Shown piece by piece: positions 40,683-50,748 of a DNA stretch of 64,000 nucleotides. The translations under genes were made by a program, and so were the position numbers. The DNA is from Acidobacteriota bacterium (GTDB lineage: Bacteria; Acidobacteriota; UBA6911; RPQK01; JADFOI01), in assembly GCA_963663035.1 (NCBI GenBank), contig OY760074.1:1792001-1856000 (forward strand), read 5' to 3'. The first letter of the stretch is position 1. Each line of letters opens with the position of its first letter. A model generated the notes under the pieces. That model did not search any database, was not told the DNA's origin, and saw only the letters and a program-made list of their open reading frames with translations.

Positions 40683-41375
40683 ATGTTCTTTTTTGATCCC
40701 ACCTACCTGTTTTTCATGGCCCCCGCGCTGGCCCTGTCCTTGTGGGCCAGCTGGAGGGTAAAGAGCAGCTTCCGGAAGTACTCCAGGGTCCCATCCTCAC
40801 GGGGGCTCAGTGGGGCTGAGGCGGCAACCGAACTGCTGCGGAGGGCGGGTATCGAAGACGTCAAGATTGTGAGAACTCCTGGCAAGCTCTCCGATCATTA
40901 CAATCCCATCACCAAGACCCTGGCTCTCTCTGAGAACGTCCACGACTCAGCTTCCATTGCAGCTCTTGGCGTGGCCACCCACGAGGCCGGCCATGCCATT
41001 CAGCACGCCCAGCACTATGCACCACTTTGGGTCCGCTCCCTGCTGGTCCCGACGGCCAATATCGGTTCCAGTATCGGCTACATCGTCATGTTCCTGGGCT
41101 TGATCATGAGCTCGACCAATATGGTCCTGGTTGGGGCCGTGCTTTTCTCAGCAGTGCTTCTTTTCCAGGTCGTCACGCTGCCTGTGGAGTTCAACGCTTC
41201 GAGGCGCGCCAAGGCCCTGATCGTCGAACATGGAATCATCACGCGGCAGGAGCGGGTTGGAGTGGATCGCGTCCTCAACGCCGCCGCTCTCACCTACGTT
41301 GCAGCTGCCATCAGCACATTGCTCACCTTACTTTATTTTCTGATGCGCTCCGGGCTTCTGGGCGGGCGCAGATAG
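40683..41375 (+). CDS. Membrane zinc metallopeptidase (YugP-like)
   Basis: LSDHYNP, HEAGHAIQH, TLPVEFNASRRA, AAALTYVA. Confidence 0.92.
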   Translation: MFFFDPTYLFFMAPALALSLWASWRVKSSFRKYSRVPSSRGLSGAEAATELLRRAGIEDVKIVRTPGKLSDHYNPITKTLALSENVHDSASIAALGVATHEAGHAIQHAQHYAPLWVRSLLVPTANIGSSIGYIVMFLGLIMSSTNMVLVGAVLFSAVLLFQVVTLPVEFNASRRAKALIVEHGIITRQERVGVDRVLNAAALTYVAAAISTLLTLLYFLMRSGLLGGRR

Positions 41376-41508
41376 GGTCACTCCAGATCCTCGCCCCAGA
41401 TCCGTTTTTTCCACCTTAGAACATTGACGCATCCTTTGGGATGGGTTAAAAGGACTGTCAAGATACCGACCGGTGGAGTTGGCAGGACAATTAATTGAGG
41501 AGGATAGC

Positions 41509-43365
41509 ATGAAAAGATTTTTCACCCTGTTCGTTATGGGACTCCTGTCCCATGGTTTCGGGCTCTCCCAGCAGATTCCAGATTTGGTAGCCCAGCACGG
41601 CTATGCAGACATGATTCTGGTCAACGGGAAAATAGTCACAATGGATGACTGGAGCGTCGTTCCCAACACGCCTGGGCACATTTTTCAGAGCATGGCCATC
41701 AAAGGGAAGAAAATTATGGCCCTGGGAACCGATGCGGAGATGAGGGCACTGGCTGGACCTCAGACCCGCGTTACGGACGTGCGGGGTAAAACCGTCATCC
41801 CGGGCTTGATTCAGACTCACTACCACCTTTTCGGAGCTGCAGCCGGCCGCTACGGACCTGAGGTTGGTCTGGTGGATCCGAGCGTACGGCTCACCGTGGT
41901 GGCAGAGGATTCGCCGGAAGCCACTTCGAAGAAACTCAGAGATTCAATCGTGAACGCAATCAGGGTGCAAAACATACCCGAAGGAGACTGGATTTCGGTC
42001 AGGCTGCAAGAAGGGCCGGAGAATCTACCCGGCACGAACCGCATTTGGCTTTACGGGAGTTCGATCAATCGAAGAACCATTCAGTTGGATAGTGCCGTAC
42101 CGGACCATCCCACGGTGATTAATGCCGGGCAGTCGGGAATCTTCAACGAGGCTGCAATCAGCGAGATCACAGAGGTATTTCCCGATTGGGCGGAGAGCAC
42201 GGATTTGGAAAATCGGCCGGGAGCAGCCAGGGACGGATACGCAGCCGTTCCCGAACTGCAAGGCATGACCTTCTCCTACTGGTGGAGGAATGAACCCATT
42301 GAAAAGCTGGCCGAAGCGATGCGCTTGCATGGCCTTGAAATACTGAAGTCGGGCCTGACCACGGTCTCCACTCGTATCCTCTTCCCCACGGTCGTCCAGG
42401 CTTATAACCTGCTCAACAGAGAAGGTACCCTGCCTCACCGCTTGTCTTATTACCAGGAACCACAGAGAGGCAACTTTTTCAACACCAAGTCATTTAACGA
42501 GTTTTATAAAGGATCGGGGGCTCCCTGGACCAACCATTCGGGAGGCGGCGAGATGCTGTGGTTGTCCGGAATGTCCAACGAAATTTGGGATTCCAGCCAG
42601 TGGGAGGTGTGTTTGGGACCCGATATCGATGCTCCTGCTGATCTCAAGGAAAGGCAGCGCTGCCCGGGGCCTGGAACCAGACCCTGGGATGTCATCAAGG
42701 CCGCTGTGATGACCGGCTGGCGGCCGGCCGGTGTTCACGGGACTTCCAACCACGGCGTGAGACTCTACATCGAGATGCTCGAAAGTGCGATGAGAGACGC
42801 CAACCTGTCAGTTGAGCACATCAGAAGCCTTCGCACCACCATGGAACACAATCAGCTTCTGGGCGCTTCTCCAGATGTGATGGCCAAGCTGAAAGAGTAC
42901 AACATCCTCCTCAATGTCAATATGCCCTATCTCAACGCTGCCGCGATGCTGATCGATGCCTACGGTGAAGAGCTCAGACCCTTCGCCATGCCGGTCAAGA
43001 CCTGGCTCAATGAGGGCATAAGGGTCACCTTCGAGGCCCAGGGAACCAATTTTTGGAGGCCCATTCACACACTCGTCACCCGCCAGATCACCAATCAAGG
43101 AACAGGTGAACAAGAGATACTCCTTCCAGAGGAGGCTGTGGACCGAGTGACCGCCCTGAAGATGACCACCACCTGGGCATCCTATTACGTTCTGGCTGAG
43201 GACACCCTGGGCACCCTGGAGCCGGGGAAGTACGCCGATTTTGCAGTTCTGGATCAAGACTTCTTCACGGTTCCGGTCGAGGAAATTCCTGACATGGAGG
43301 TCATCATGACCGGACTGGGAGGCGAAGTCGTCTATGATCGCGATCAGTTAGCGGGCGGCAACTAA
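41509..43365 (+). CDS. Secreted YtcJ-like amidohydrolase (divergent member)
   Basis: GAGGAGG RBS, signal peptide, NGKIVTMD, PGLIQTHYH, GTLEPGKYADFAVL. Confidence 0.88.
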   Translation: MKRFFTLFVMGLLSHGFGLSQQIPDLVAQHGYADMILVNGKIVTMDDWSVVPNTPGHIFQSMAIKGKKIMALGTDAEMRALAGPQTRVTDVRGKTVIPGLIQTHYHLFGAAAGRYGPEVGLVDPSVRLTVVAEDSPEATSKKLRDSIVNAIRVQNIPEGDWISVRLQEGPENLPGTNRIWLYGSSINRRTIQLDSAVPDHPTVINAGQSGIFNEAAISEITEVFPDWAESTDLENRPGAARDGYAAVPELQGMTFSYWWRNEPIEKLAEAMRLHGLEILKSGLTTVSTRILFPTVVQAYNLLNREGTLPHRLSYYQEPQRGNFFNTKSFNEFYKGSGAPWTNHSGGGEMLWLSGMSNEIWDSSQWEVCLGPDIDAPADLKERQRCPGPGTRPWDVIKAAVMTGWRPAGVHGTSNHGVRLYIEMLESAMRDANLSVEHIRSLRTTMEHNQLLGASPDVMAKLKEYNILLNVNMPYLNAAAMLIDAYGEELRPFAMPVKTWLNEGIRVTFEAQGTNFWRPIHTLVTRQITNQGTGEQEILLPEEAVDRVTALKMTTTWASYYVLAEDTLGTLEPGKYADFAVLDQDFFTVPVEEIPDMEVIMTGLGGEVVYDRDQLAGGN

Positions 43366-43728
43366 TAGGAGAAGTTCAAAGTATTGGACTCAAGAATTCA
43401 ATTTACCGAACCGCCCAGGCCCAGAAATACTTCATCTGGTATTGGATCGAATGCCATGCCACAAAATAGAGAGTGGAATGGGTCTTGAATTGTTGCTGGC
43501 AGCGAGAGAAAAAGGGGGGTTATCCACTCAGTTTAGTTGTCTCCTTTTGTTCTCGATTTAGTTATTTTTCACTTTGTTAGTTGACAGACCATAGGAGTAA
43601 GGTGTAAAACGGCACAACAAATAAAGCAGCGGAATTTAGCGTAGAACGATTATTTCGGATGTTTAAGACTTATTATCCCCATCAGGGGCAACTTCAACAA
43701 TTCCCGATCACAACGGGGGAGGAATTCC

Positions 43729-46700
43729 ATGTCTAGACTACTACCGATCTTTGTCATCCTGACTATTACAGTCTTTCCAGCCTTGGCGCAGATCACAAGT
43801 GCCACCATCGTGGGAACCATCAAAGATACCACAGGTGCCGTGCTGCCGGGGGCGGAAATAGTGCTGACCAATGTGGCCACCGGAATAACCAGGACCAACA
43901 TCTCCGATGACGAAGGCAGATACACTGCCTCCAGTCTGAGTATAGGAACCTATGAAGTCTCGGCCGGCCTGCCTGGCTTTCAAACCTCGGTCAGGAGCGG
44001 AATCACCCTCACTACGGGAAGAGAAGCCGTGATCGATTTCACCCTCTCCCTAGGAGAGATCACCGAGAGAGTCACGGTTACGGGAGAGGCCGCGCTGGTT
44101 GAGACCACCTCGGGGAGCCTGGGCGGTTTGGTGGACAAACAGACTATTATGGAACTCCCACTCAATGGTCGTGACCTGACCGATCTGATAACGCTGCAGC
44201 CGGGAACCGTCACCATTACTGCGGCCTCGACCTCCAACAACAGTGGCTTTACCCAGAAAATAAGCATTGGCGGAGCTCGACCCCAGGACAATCTGATCTT
44301 GATTGATGGGACGGAAATGAAGTCCACCGATTCAGGTGTGCCTGCCGGGGTCTCAGGTAATTTCATGGGAGCAGAAGCGACTCAGGAATTCAAGATCGAG
44401 ACCAGCGCTTACAGTGCCATCTATGGCGGCAACGCGGGAGGTGTCATCAATGTCATCAGCAAGGGAGGCACCAACGAGTTTCACGGCTCCATTTATGAGT
44501 TTCATCGCAACGATAATCTCGATTCCGCCGACTTCCGTGCCCCCGCAGTAATCGATAGCAATAGCGGGGCCTTTATTGGCAAAGAGAAAGCGGAATTCAA
44601 GCGCAACCAATTCGGGTTCGCTGTTGGGGGCCCGATCATCGAGAACCGGACCTTCTTTTTCTTCAATTACGAAGGAATGCGGGACCGGCGCGGTCGCTCT
44701 GGTACCGTCACCACCTTCGGCCCCAACGCCCGCCTGGGTCTGCTGCCCGATGGGCCGTCTGGATCTCTGGTACAGCACCCCCTGGCGCCTGAAGTGATTC
44801 CCTATTTTGCCCTCTGGCCGAATCCGGTAGGGCTGGAATGGGAAAACCTGGGAGATGGGACATTCCGCAAGGGCACCACTGAACAGAACCCGACCAACGA
44901 GGACTTCTACCAGGGTCGGGTCGATCACCAGATCACCGACAATGATTCCTTCTTTGCGCGGTTCACCTGGAACGACTCCAGAATTGCGGACCCGGCGGCG
45001 TTTCCTCAATGGCAAACAGATCAATACGTCTACAGCAGGCTCTCCACCATGGAATGGAAGAGGATCCAGTCGGCTAACCTGCTCAACACCTTCCGTGTAG
45101 GGGCCAACCGACGGGGCGGCGACAAAGAGACTTTTCAAGACCCCGACGTCGACCCAGCCCTTCCCTTTGTTCCGCTTTCCGCCTGGAGAGCGCCGCTGGG
45201 TGCGGGCTATGTGATGGGCAGTATCAGCGGGACCGGCGCAACGACTGTAGGCGTCTCAAATGGCTGGGCCAGAAACCTGACCAACCGCTTTCAATACATT
45301 GATGATGTCGTCTACAACAAGGGTGCGCACTCCTATAAATTCGGAGTCAACTTCATGCGGATCCAGTACAACGTGGACGGCCCCTCTCGTCCTGCCGGAG
45401 CGTTTAGTTTCGGCGGCATAGAGGACTTTTTAGCAGCTGAGCCCTCCAGTTTCCGCGGCGACATCCTGCCCACGCAGGACAGCCAGCGTGGACTGCGCAT
45501 CAGCCAATGGGGAGTCTACTTTCAGGACGATTGGAAGGTCTTACCAAACCTCACAGTGAACCTGGGCTTGCGCTACGAACTTTTCACCGTACCCCGGGAA
45601 GTCAACGGCAAGTTGGGAAACCTGAAGGATCCCCTCAACGACACCGAAGTCAGCTGCCTGGGCACCGAAGGATGCGACTGGTTTGAGAATCCCTCCTTCA
45701 AGGACTTTATGCCCCGCATCGGCTTTGCCTGGGATCCATTCGGAGACGGGAAGATGGCCCTTCGGTCCGGCTTCGGGATCTTCTACAATCACATGGGACC
45801 CGAGACCTATCGGCAAGCCATCATCCGGATGAAACCCTTTCTGATAGAAACCAACATCCGATCCACGTCCACTTCGAGTGTCCCCTTTGCGGATGTTTTT
45901 GATCAGGTGGTCAACAACAACATCGGAACAGGCGACGTTCACATTTTTCCCTATGACTACGCAAACGATCCCCACGCGCTTCAGTGGAATCTCAACATTC
46001 AGCGCGAGATCATGCCCGGGACCGGTCTAATGGTGGGCTATGCCGGCTCCAGAGGTCTAAACGTCATCAAGAATGTCTACCTGCAGACGCCCGTAGCCCA
46101 GCGCATCAACGGCCGCCTGGTGTTCCCAGACGATCCGGTGGGCGGAGAAACGAGAGATTTACTTCCCAATCAGAACCCTGAATTCCGCAGCCTTAGACTG
46201 CGCAGCCGCGAGCAGTCGGGAGACTCCTGGTATCACAGCTTGCAGATGAGTCTGCAGCGACGCTTTTCGAACGGCTTTCAGACTCAGTTCTCCTATACCT
46301 TCGCCAAGACCATGGACGAAGGGTCCCAGATCAATAACGATTTATCGGGAGCCAGCGACGGGTTCGTCATACCCTACTACCATGAGCCTGATTTGTACCA
46401 GGGGCTCTCGCCCTTTGGTGTGAAGCACGCCTTTGTGAATAATTTCGTCATACAGCTCCCCTTCGGGCAGGGAAGGCAATTCGGCGGCAACATGACTGGC
46501 GTGGCACAGCATATTCTGGGCGGTTGGCAGGTGGGCGGCATTCTCTCCCTCATCTCGGGGCCTCCGGGAACCTACGAACAGAGTGACCGAGGCGTCATGC
46601 GTACTCTTGGGATTGGTAATGACTATCCTGACATTCGTGCGGGTATGTCGCCACAGATCCTGGAAGATCCGGATCAGTGGTTTTCCACCGACGCTTTCGT

Positions 46701-46998
46701 CTGGCAGGGCAGTACTGGCCCGCTCGCTCGAGCCCTTAGTAACTCATCGCGGACGAGCATGAGAGGTCCGGGCGTGGCCAATTTTGACTTTTCCTTGAAC
46801 AAGACCACCAATATTTGGGAGGAAGTGGCGTTGCAGATTCGGTTCGAGTTTTTCAACCTCACCAACAATCCCAGTTTTAGACTGCCCTCCGGCAGGATCT
46901 TTAGTGGGTCGGGGCGCCTATCGTCCAGTGCCGGACGTGTGAGCGGGACCACCCAAACCATGCGTGAGGCCCAAATCGCTCTCAGGATCACCTTCTAG
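43729..46998 (+). CDS. TonB-dependent receptor (Oar-like, N-terminal carboxypeptidase-regulatory-like domain)
   Basis: GTIKDTTGAVLPGA, LPLNGR, SKGGTNEFHGS, YFQDDWKV..NLTVNLGLRYE, PRIGFAWD, C-terminal QIALRITF. Confidence 0.93.
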   Translation: MSRLLPIFVILTITVFPALAQITSATIVGTIKDTTGAVLPGAEIVLTNVATGITRTNISDDEGRYTASSLSIGTYEVSAGLPGFQTSVRSGITLTTGREAVIDFTLSLGEITERVTVTGEAALVETTSGSLGGLVDKQTIMELPLNGRDLTDLITLQPGTVTITAASTSNNSGFTQKISIGGARPQDNLILIDGTEMKSTDSGVPAGVSGNFMGAEATQEFKIETSAYSAIYGGNAGGVINVISKGGTNEFHGSIYEFHRNDNLDSADFRAPAVIDSNSGAFIGKEKAEFKRNQFGFAVGGPIIENRTFFFFNYEGMRDRRGRSGTVTTFGPNARLGLLPDGPSGSLVQHPLAPEVIPYFALWPNPVGLEWENLGDGTFRKGTTEQNPTNEDFYQGRVDHQITDNDSFFARFTWNDSRIADPAAFPQWQTDQYVYSRLSTMEWKRIQSANLLNTFRVGANRRGGDKETFQDPDVDPALPFVPLSAWRAPLGAGYVMGSISGTGATTVGVSNGWARNLTNRFQYIDDVVYNKGAHSYKFGVNFMRIQYNVDGPSRPAGAFSFGGIEDFLAAEPSSFRGDILPTQDSQRGLRISQWGVYFQDDWKVLPNLTVNLGLRYELFTVPREVNGKLGNLKDPLNDTEVSCLGTEGCDWFENPSFKDFMPRIGFAWDPFGDGKMALRSGFGIFYNHMGPETYRQAIIRMKPFLIETNIRSTSTSSVPFADVFDQVVNNNIGTGDVHIFPYDYANDPHALQWNLNIQREIMPGTGLMVGYAGSRGLNVIKNVYLQTPVAQRINGRLVFPDDPVGGETRDLLPNQNPEFRSLRLRSREQSGDSWYHSLQMSLQRRFSNGFQTQFSYTFAKTMDEGSQINNDLSGASDGFVIPYYHEPDLYQGLSPFGVKHAFVNNFVIQLPFGQGRQFGGNMTGVAQHILGGWQVGGILSLISGPPGTYEQSDRGVMRTLGIGNDYPDIRAGMSPQILEDPDQWFSTDAFVWQGSTGPLARALSNSSRTSMRGPGVANFDFSLNKTTNIWEEVALQIRFEFFNLTNNPSFRLPSGRIFSGSGRLSSSAGRVSGTTQTMREAQIALRITF

Positions 46999-47027
46999 CA
47001 GCTGATTCGCACGCGTTAAGTCACATG

Positions 47028-47056
47028 GGGGGTCGGGAGAGACCCGGCCCCCTTCC
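47028..47056 (+). terminator. Hairpin after the TonB receptor gene
   Basis: gggggtcggg-agaga-cccggccccc followed by a pyrimidine run; weak U-tract. Confidence 0.45.
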
Positions 47057-47160
47057 CCTCTCCTCCAGCCGACGCTTCCAGGATTAACAACCCATCATCC
47101 CTGTCGCTTTGCACCATGCCAAGAGCTAGGGAGTTCTGTATGCGGCTCTGGAGTAGTAGA

Positions 47161-48069
47161 ATGAGCCCCATGGACTTTCACTACAAGTACTCTGCCATCG
47201 TTGATCGTAAGCCCCTCAAGTGGCCCCACGGCGCCCGCATCGCCGTCGTCCTCACCCTCAATGTGGAATGCTGGGATCCTGTTCCCGAGCCGGGAAAGCT
47301 CTCCTATCCGGGCGGACCCAACCTGCTCCCCATCCCGCTGCCGGAAGGGGTTCCCGACCTGGTCAATCATACCTGGAGAGAATATGGCCACCGGGTCGGC
47401 ATCTGGCGCATACTGGAAGTCTTTGACCGACACCGGATTCAGGCCACTGCCACCATCAACACCTCACTGGGTAAGCGACTTCCCAGGATCCTCGATGAAC
47501 TCAAGAAGCGAGACTGGGAACTGGTCGCTCACTCCCAGGTCGAAAATGATTTGCTGGTGAATTTTAGCGGGGACCGCGAGGCGGAGAAGGCCTATATCCA
47601 GGCCACCCTGGCGGAGTATGAGGAGGTTGTGGGACGCAAAGCGAAGTGTTGGCTCTCACCCTCGGTCAGCCCCACCGTCAATACGCTGGGGATCCTGGCC
47701 GAGGAAGGCATTGAGTACTTCTGCGACTTTGTCAATGACGATCAACCCTATCCCATTCAGGTGGGAAACAAGCAGATTCTATCCATCCCTTATACCACGG
47801 AAATCAACGATTATCCCCTGTTCATGCGTCACTTCCATTCTCCTCAAACCGTTTTCGAGATTGTCCAAGCCCAATTCGACACCCTCTATCGTGAAGGAGA
47901 AAAGAGCGGGCGCATGATGAACGTGGGGCTGCATCCTCATGTCATGGGTCAGCCTTACCGGATTCCCACACTGGACCGGATCCTGACCTATATGAAGAGT
48001 CAGGAGAAAGTCTGGTTTACCAGTCGCGAGGAGATCGCAGCCTGGTATCGGGACAACTATCTCAGCTGA
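47161..48069 (+). CDS. Polysaccharide deacetylase family protein (PuuE/allantoinase-like, CE4)
   Basis: LKWPHGARIAV, WREYGHRVGIWR, NDDQPY, GLHPHVMGQPYR. Confidence 0.85.
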   Translation: MSPMDFHYKYSAIVDRKPLKWPHGARIAVVLTLNVECWDPVPEPGKLSYPGGPNLLPIPLPEGVPDLVNHTWREYGHRVGIWRILEVFDRHRIQATATINTSLGKRLPRILDELKKRDWELVAHSQVENDLLVNFSGDREAEKAYIQATLAEYEEVVGRKAKCWLSPSVSPTVNTLGILAEEGIEYFCDFVNDDQPYPIQVGNKQILSIPYTTEINDYPLFMRHFHSPQTVFEIVQAQFDTLYREGEKSGRMMNVGLHPHVMGQPYRIPTLDRILTYMKSQEKVWFTSREEIAAWYRDNYLS

Positions 48070-48088
48070 GTCCTTTGGGGCCGTCCAC

Positions 48089-48871
48089 ATGAAGAAGCCG
48101 AAGAGAATTCGGATCGGGAATCTGGTCCTGCCCCTGACGGTCATGGCCGGTGCGATGGGGGTTTGGGAAACCGCTATATGGATTCTCCACACCCCCACTT
48201 ACATTCTCCCGGCCCCCTCGCAAATCTTCCTGGGCCTGATCAGCGATCTGGGTCTTCTCTGGGTCCATGCCCAGGTCACGACCATGGAAATCCTGGTGGG
48301 ATTCGTGATGAGCCTGGCCATTGGCATTCCCTGCGCGATCCTGATCGTTTACTCGAAACCGCTGGAGAGCGCCCTTTACCCCTTGCTGGTCTTCTCTCAG
48401 ATTGTGCCCAAGATCGCGGTGGCACCCCTGTTTCTCATCTGGTTCGGTTTCGGGTGGGCGCCCAAGATTCTGCTGGTGGTCTTGATTGCCATCTTTCCCA
48501 TCATCATCAACACCATCATCGGGCTCAAATCGGTCGATCCCCAGGCGATCTTGATGATCCGATCGATGAACGCCAGCCCGCTGAAGATCTTTTGCAAGGT
48601 CACTTTTCCCAGCGCCCTTCCCAGCATATTTGGCGGACTGAAGGTCGCCATTACCCTGGCGGTCATCGGTGCGGTGGTAGCAGAGTGGGTGGCTTCGGAA
48701 AGAGGGTTGGGTTATCTGCTTCTCTCGGCAGGTGCCAACTTCCAGTCCATTCTTCTCTTTGAAGCGCTGACGGTGGTGACCGTGATTGGTTTTCTGCTGT
48801 TCTTTCTGATCGATGTGCTGGAACGTCGCCTTGTGCCCCAGCGCAGCGGCCAGTCCTGGCTACAAAGCTAG
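48089..48871 (+). CDS. ABC transporter permease (NitT/TauT family)
   Basis: YILPAPS, PKIAVAPLFLIWFGFG, GAVVAEW..S..GLG. Confidence 0.92.
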   Translation: MKKPKRIRIGNLVLPLTVMAGAMGVWETAIWILHTPTYILPAPSQIFLGLISDLGLLWVHAQVTTMEILVGFVMSLAIGIPCAILIVYSKPLESALYPLLVFSQIVPKIAVAPLFLIWFGFGWAPKILLVVLIAIFPIIINTIIGLKSVDPQAILMIRSMNASPLKIFCKVTFPSALPSIFGGLKVAITLAVIGAVVAEWVASERGLGYLLLSAGANFQSILLFEALTVVTVIGFLLFFLIDVLERRLVPQRSGQSWLQS

Positions 48872-48878
48872 CGAGTTT

Positions 48879-49029
48879 CAGCCGGGATAATGCATAAGTT
48901 TTCTACTGCAGTGCCGCAATCATCCACGCTGCCTGCGTTGTGCGACCCGCAAGCGGGTACCCCTTGCACGCCTTGTCATCGTGGCGCCTGCGGCACTTCG
49001 TCACGAAAACCTATGCATAATCCCGGCTA
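48879..49029 (+). mobile_element. MITE-like hairpin element, copy D (short form)
   Basis: cagccgggataatgcata...tatgcataatcccggcta; the right end supplies the TAG stop of the opposite gene. Confidence 0.75.
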
Positions 49030-50070
49030 GGAAAGGAAGTCGTTGGTGAAATATCGCGAGACATCCCATTCCTCCCTCAGGCCCAGATACTGAATTTGTA
49101 AATCCTGAAGGTCCTCCCAGCTCTGCCTGTCGTGATAGCCAAAGACTGCCTGGGTCTGCTCGGGCTGGATCAGCTTGAAAAACCATTGGAGCTGAAGCAG
49201 AGCCACCTGGGTGTCGGTTTCCGGATAAGCCTTTGTGAGAGCGGCCACAGCATCCTCAGGGTCTCTCAGCGAGGCCTCGATGCTCCTCGAAGTCGCCCCG
49301 AGAAAGTCTCGGACCAGCTCAGGATCGTCCTGGAGGAGGTTGTTGTGGGTGACCAGGACATTGGAGATAGGATTGATGCCCCAGTCCGAGTAGGAGAGCA
49401 CATCGATGTCATAACCCTGGGCCTCAAAAGCGGGCGGCTGGGCTGTGATGGAACCGGTCATGGCATCCACTCTTCCCGTCAGCACCAGCCCTTCCTTGGC
49501 CTGGCTGGCGACCTGAACCACCTGCACCCTGGAGAAGTCAGCGCCATTTTTCTGCATGAGGGCGGGCAACAGACTGAGGATCGGATCGTTGACCCCGGTG
49601 GTGGCAGCCAGGAACTTTCCTTCCAGATCCTGGGGGGAGCGGATTCCGCTCTCCTGGAGTGACACAATGCAAAAGGGTGTCTTCTGCTTGACCACCATGA
49701 TCGATTTCAGAGGAGCGCCCTCCTGGATGCTGCGAATCAGAATGCCCGCATCCAGGTAACCAAAGGTTTGGGATCCCGCGGCTACAAGTTGAGCCGTGTT
49801 CCCGGAGCCTTTGCCCCCCTGGATATCCAGTAGAATGTCTGCTGATTCATAGTAGCCCAGTTCTTTTCCCAGAAAATAAGGGGCGTGTTTCCCCACCACA
49901 ACCCAGTCCAGTCGCAGAGACACCTTCCTGCTCTGAGCACTTTGACTGGGCTGACTGGAGGAACAAGCTCCCAGCGGCCCCAGGAATCCCAGGGCAGCAG
50001 TCTGGGCTGCCAGTCCCAGGAAGAGTCGTCGCGTGGTATCGAGGGTCGGCTCAGAGGATATCCACTTCAT
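49027..50070 (-). CDS. ABC substrate-binding protein, NMT1/THI5-like, Tat lipoprotein
   Basis: TRRLFL twin-arginine motif, LGAC lipobox, LRLDW...HAPY, GKGS, ends YFTNDFL. Confidence 0.88.
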   Translation of the reverse strand: MKWISSEPTLDTTRRLFLGLAAQTAALGFLGPLGACSSSQPSQSAQSRKVSLRLDWVVVGKHAPYFLGKELGYYESADILLDIQGGKGSGNTAQLVAAGSQTFGYLDAGILIRSIQEGAPLKSIMVVKQKTPFCIVSLQESGIRSPQDLEGKFLAATTGVNDPILSLLPALMQKNGADFSRVQVVQVASQAKEGLVLTGRVDAMTGSITAQPPAFEAQGYDIDVLSYSDWGINPISNVLVTHNNLLQDDPELVRDFLGATSRSIEASLRDPEDAVAALTKAYPETDTQVALLQLQWFFKLIQPEQTQAVFGYHDRQSWEDLQDLQIQYLGLREEWDVSRYFTNDFLS

Positions 50071-50570
50071 TTCAGCATATCGCTCACTGCCGCGCTCATC
50101 GAGGCCGGAAAGGCGACGATGATGACTCGCTTAATAGCGACTAAATTGTCAATCCCCCACGGGCACTTATCGATGATGGTGAGGAGGACGGCCACGACCA
50201 ACAGGGCAACCCCATAGATCCCCACAACCCGCTTGATGAACTGCCAAGTGTATTCCCTCAAATGAAATCGGTAAAAGTTGAAGTACACAAAGGCTGAGAT
50301 AAACAGCAGGGAAAGAAAAGTAAGAGCGAGGACATTCCGGAGGGGAAGAGTAGTGCCCAGCCCCCAGGTCTCCTCCGTGAACCTTACCGGGATAGCTAGA
50401 ATCGAAGCCCCCACCATCATCTGCATCACGTCTCGGGCTTTGACCTCCACCATGAAAGGGCGAGTAGCGTGGCTAATGACCTTGCCTGTGCTGTCCAGAA
50501 TCGGCACGATCCGGTGCAAGTAACCGCCAATTCGCTGGATCGTGTGATTGGATTTGTGTTCTTCAGGCAT
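50067..50570 (-). CDS. DUF2391-like integral membrane protein
   Basis: DVMQMMVGASILAIP..FTEETW, 4 TM helices, FPASMSAAVSD. Confidence 0.7.
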   Translation of the reverse strand: MPEEHKSNHTIQRIGGYLHRIVPILDSTGKVISHATRPFMVEVKARDVMQMMVGASILAIPVRFTEETWGLGTTLPLRNVLALTFLSLLFISAFVYFNFYRFHLREYTWQFIKRVVGIYGVALLVVAVLLTIIDKCPWGIDNLVAIKRVIIVAFPASMSAAVSDMLK

Positions 50571-50748
50571 GGGCCGGCTCCATCAGTTGCCAAAACTCAC
50601 CTGGTTGAGCTAAGCTTCATCGGTTCTACCTGTCCAGCATACATTAACATGACAATGCTGTTCTCTTTTTCTCTTGCTCAGCTCCAGTGGAACCTCTAGA
50701 ATTGGCCCCCTGACCCGACTTGCACGTCAACAGCAGGCAGGTAACATA

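Noticed and set aside
43366-43728. Possible ncRNA or riboswitch in the AT-rich gap before the TonB receptor
   Set aside because: Only a plausible TTGACA promoter (43581) and the shared leader motif are visible; I could not support a cobalamin, TPP or other aptamer by eye. An Rfam scan would settle it.
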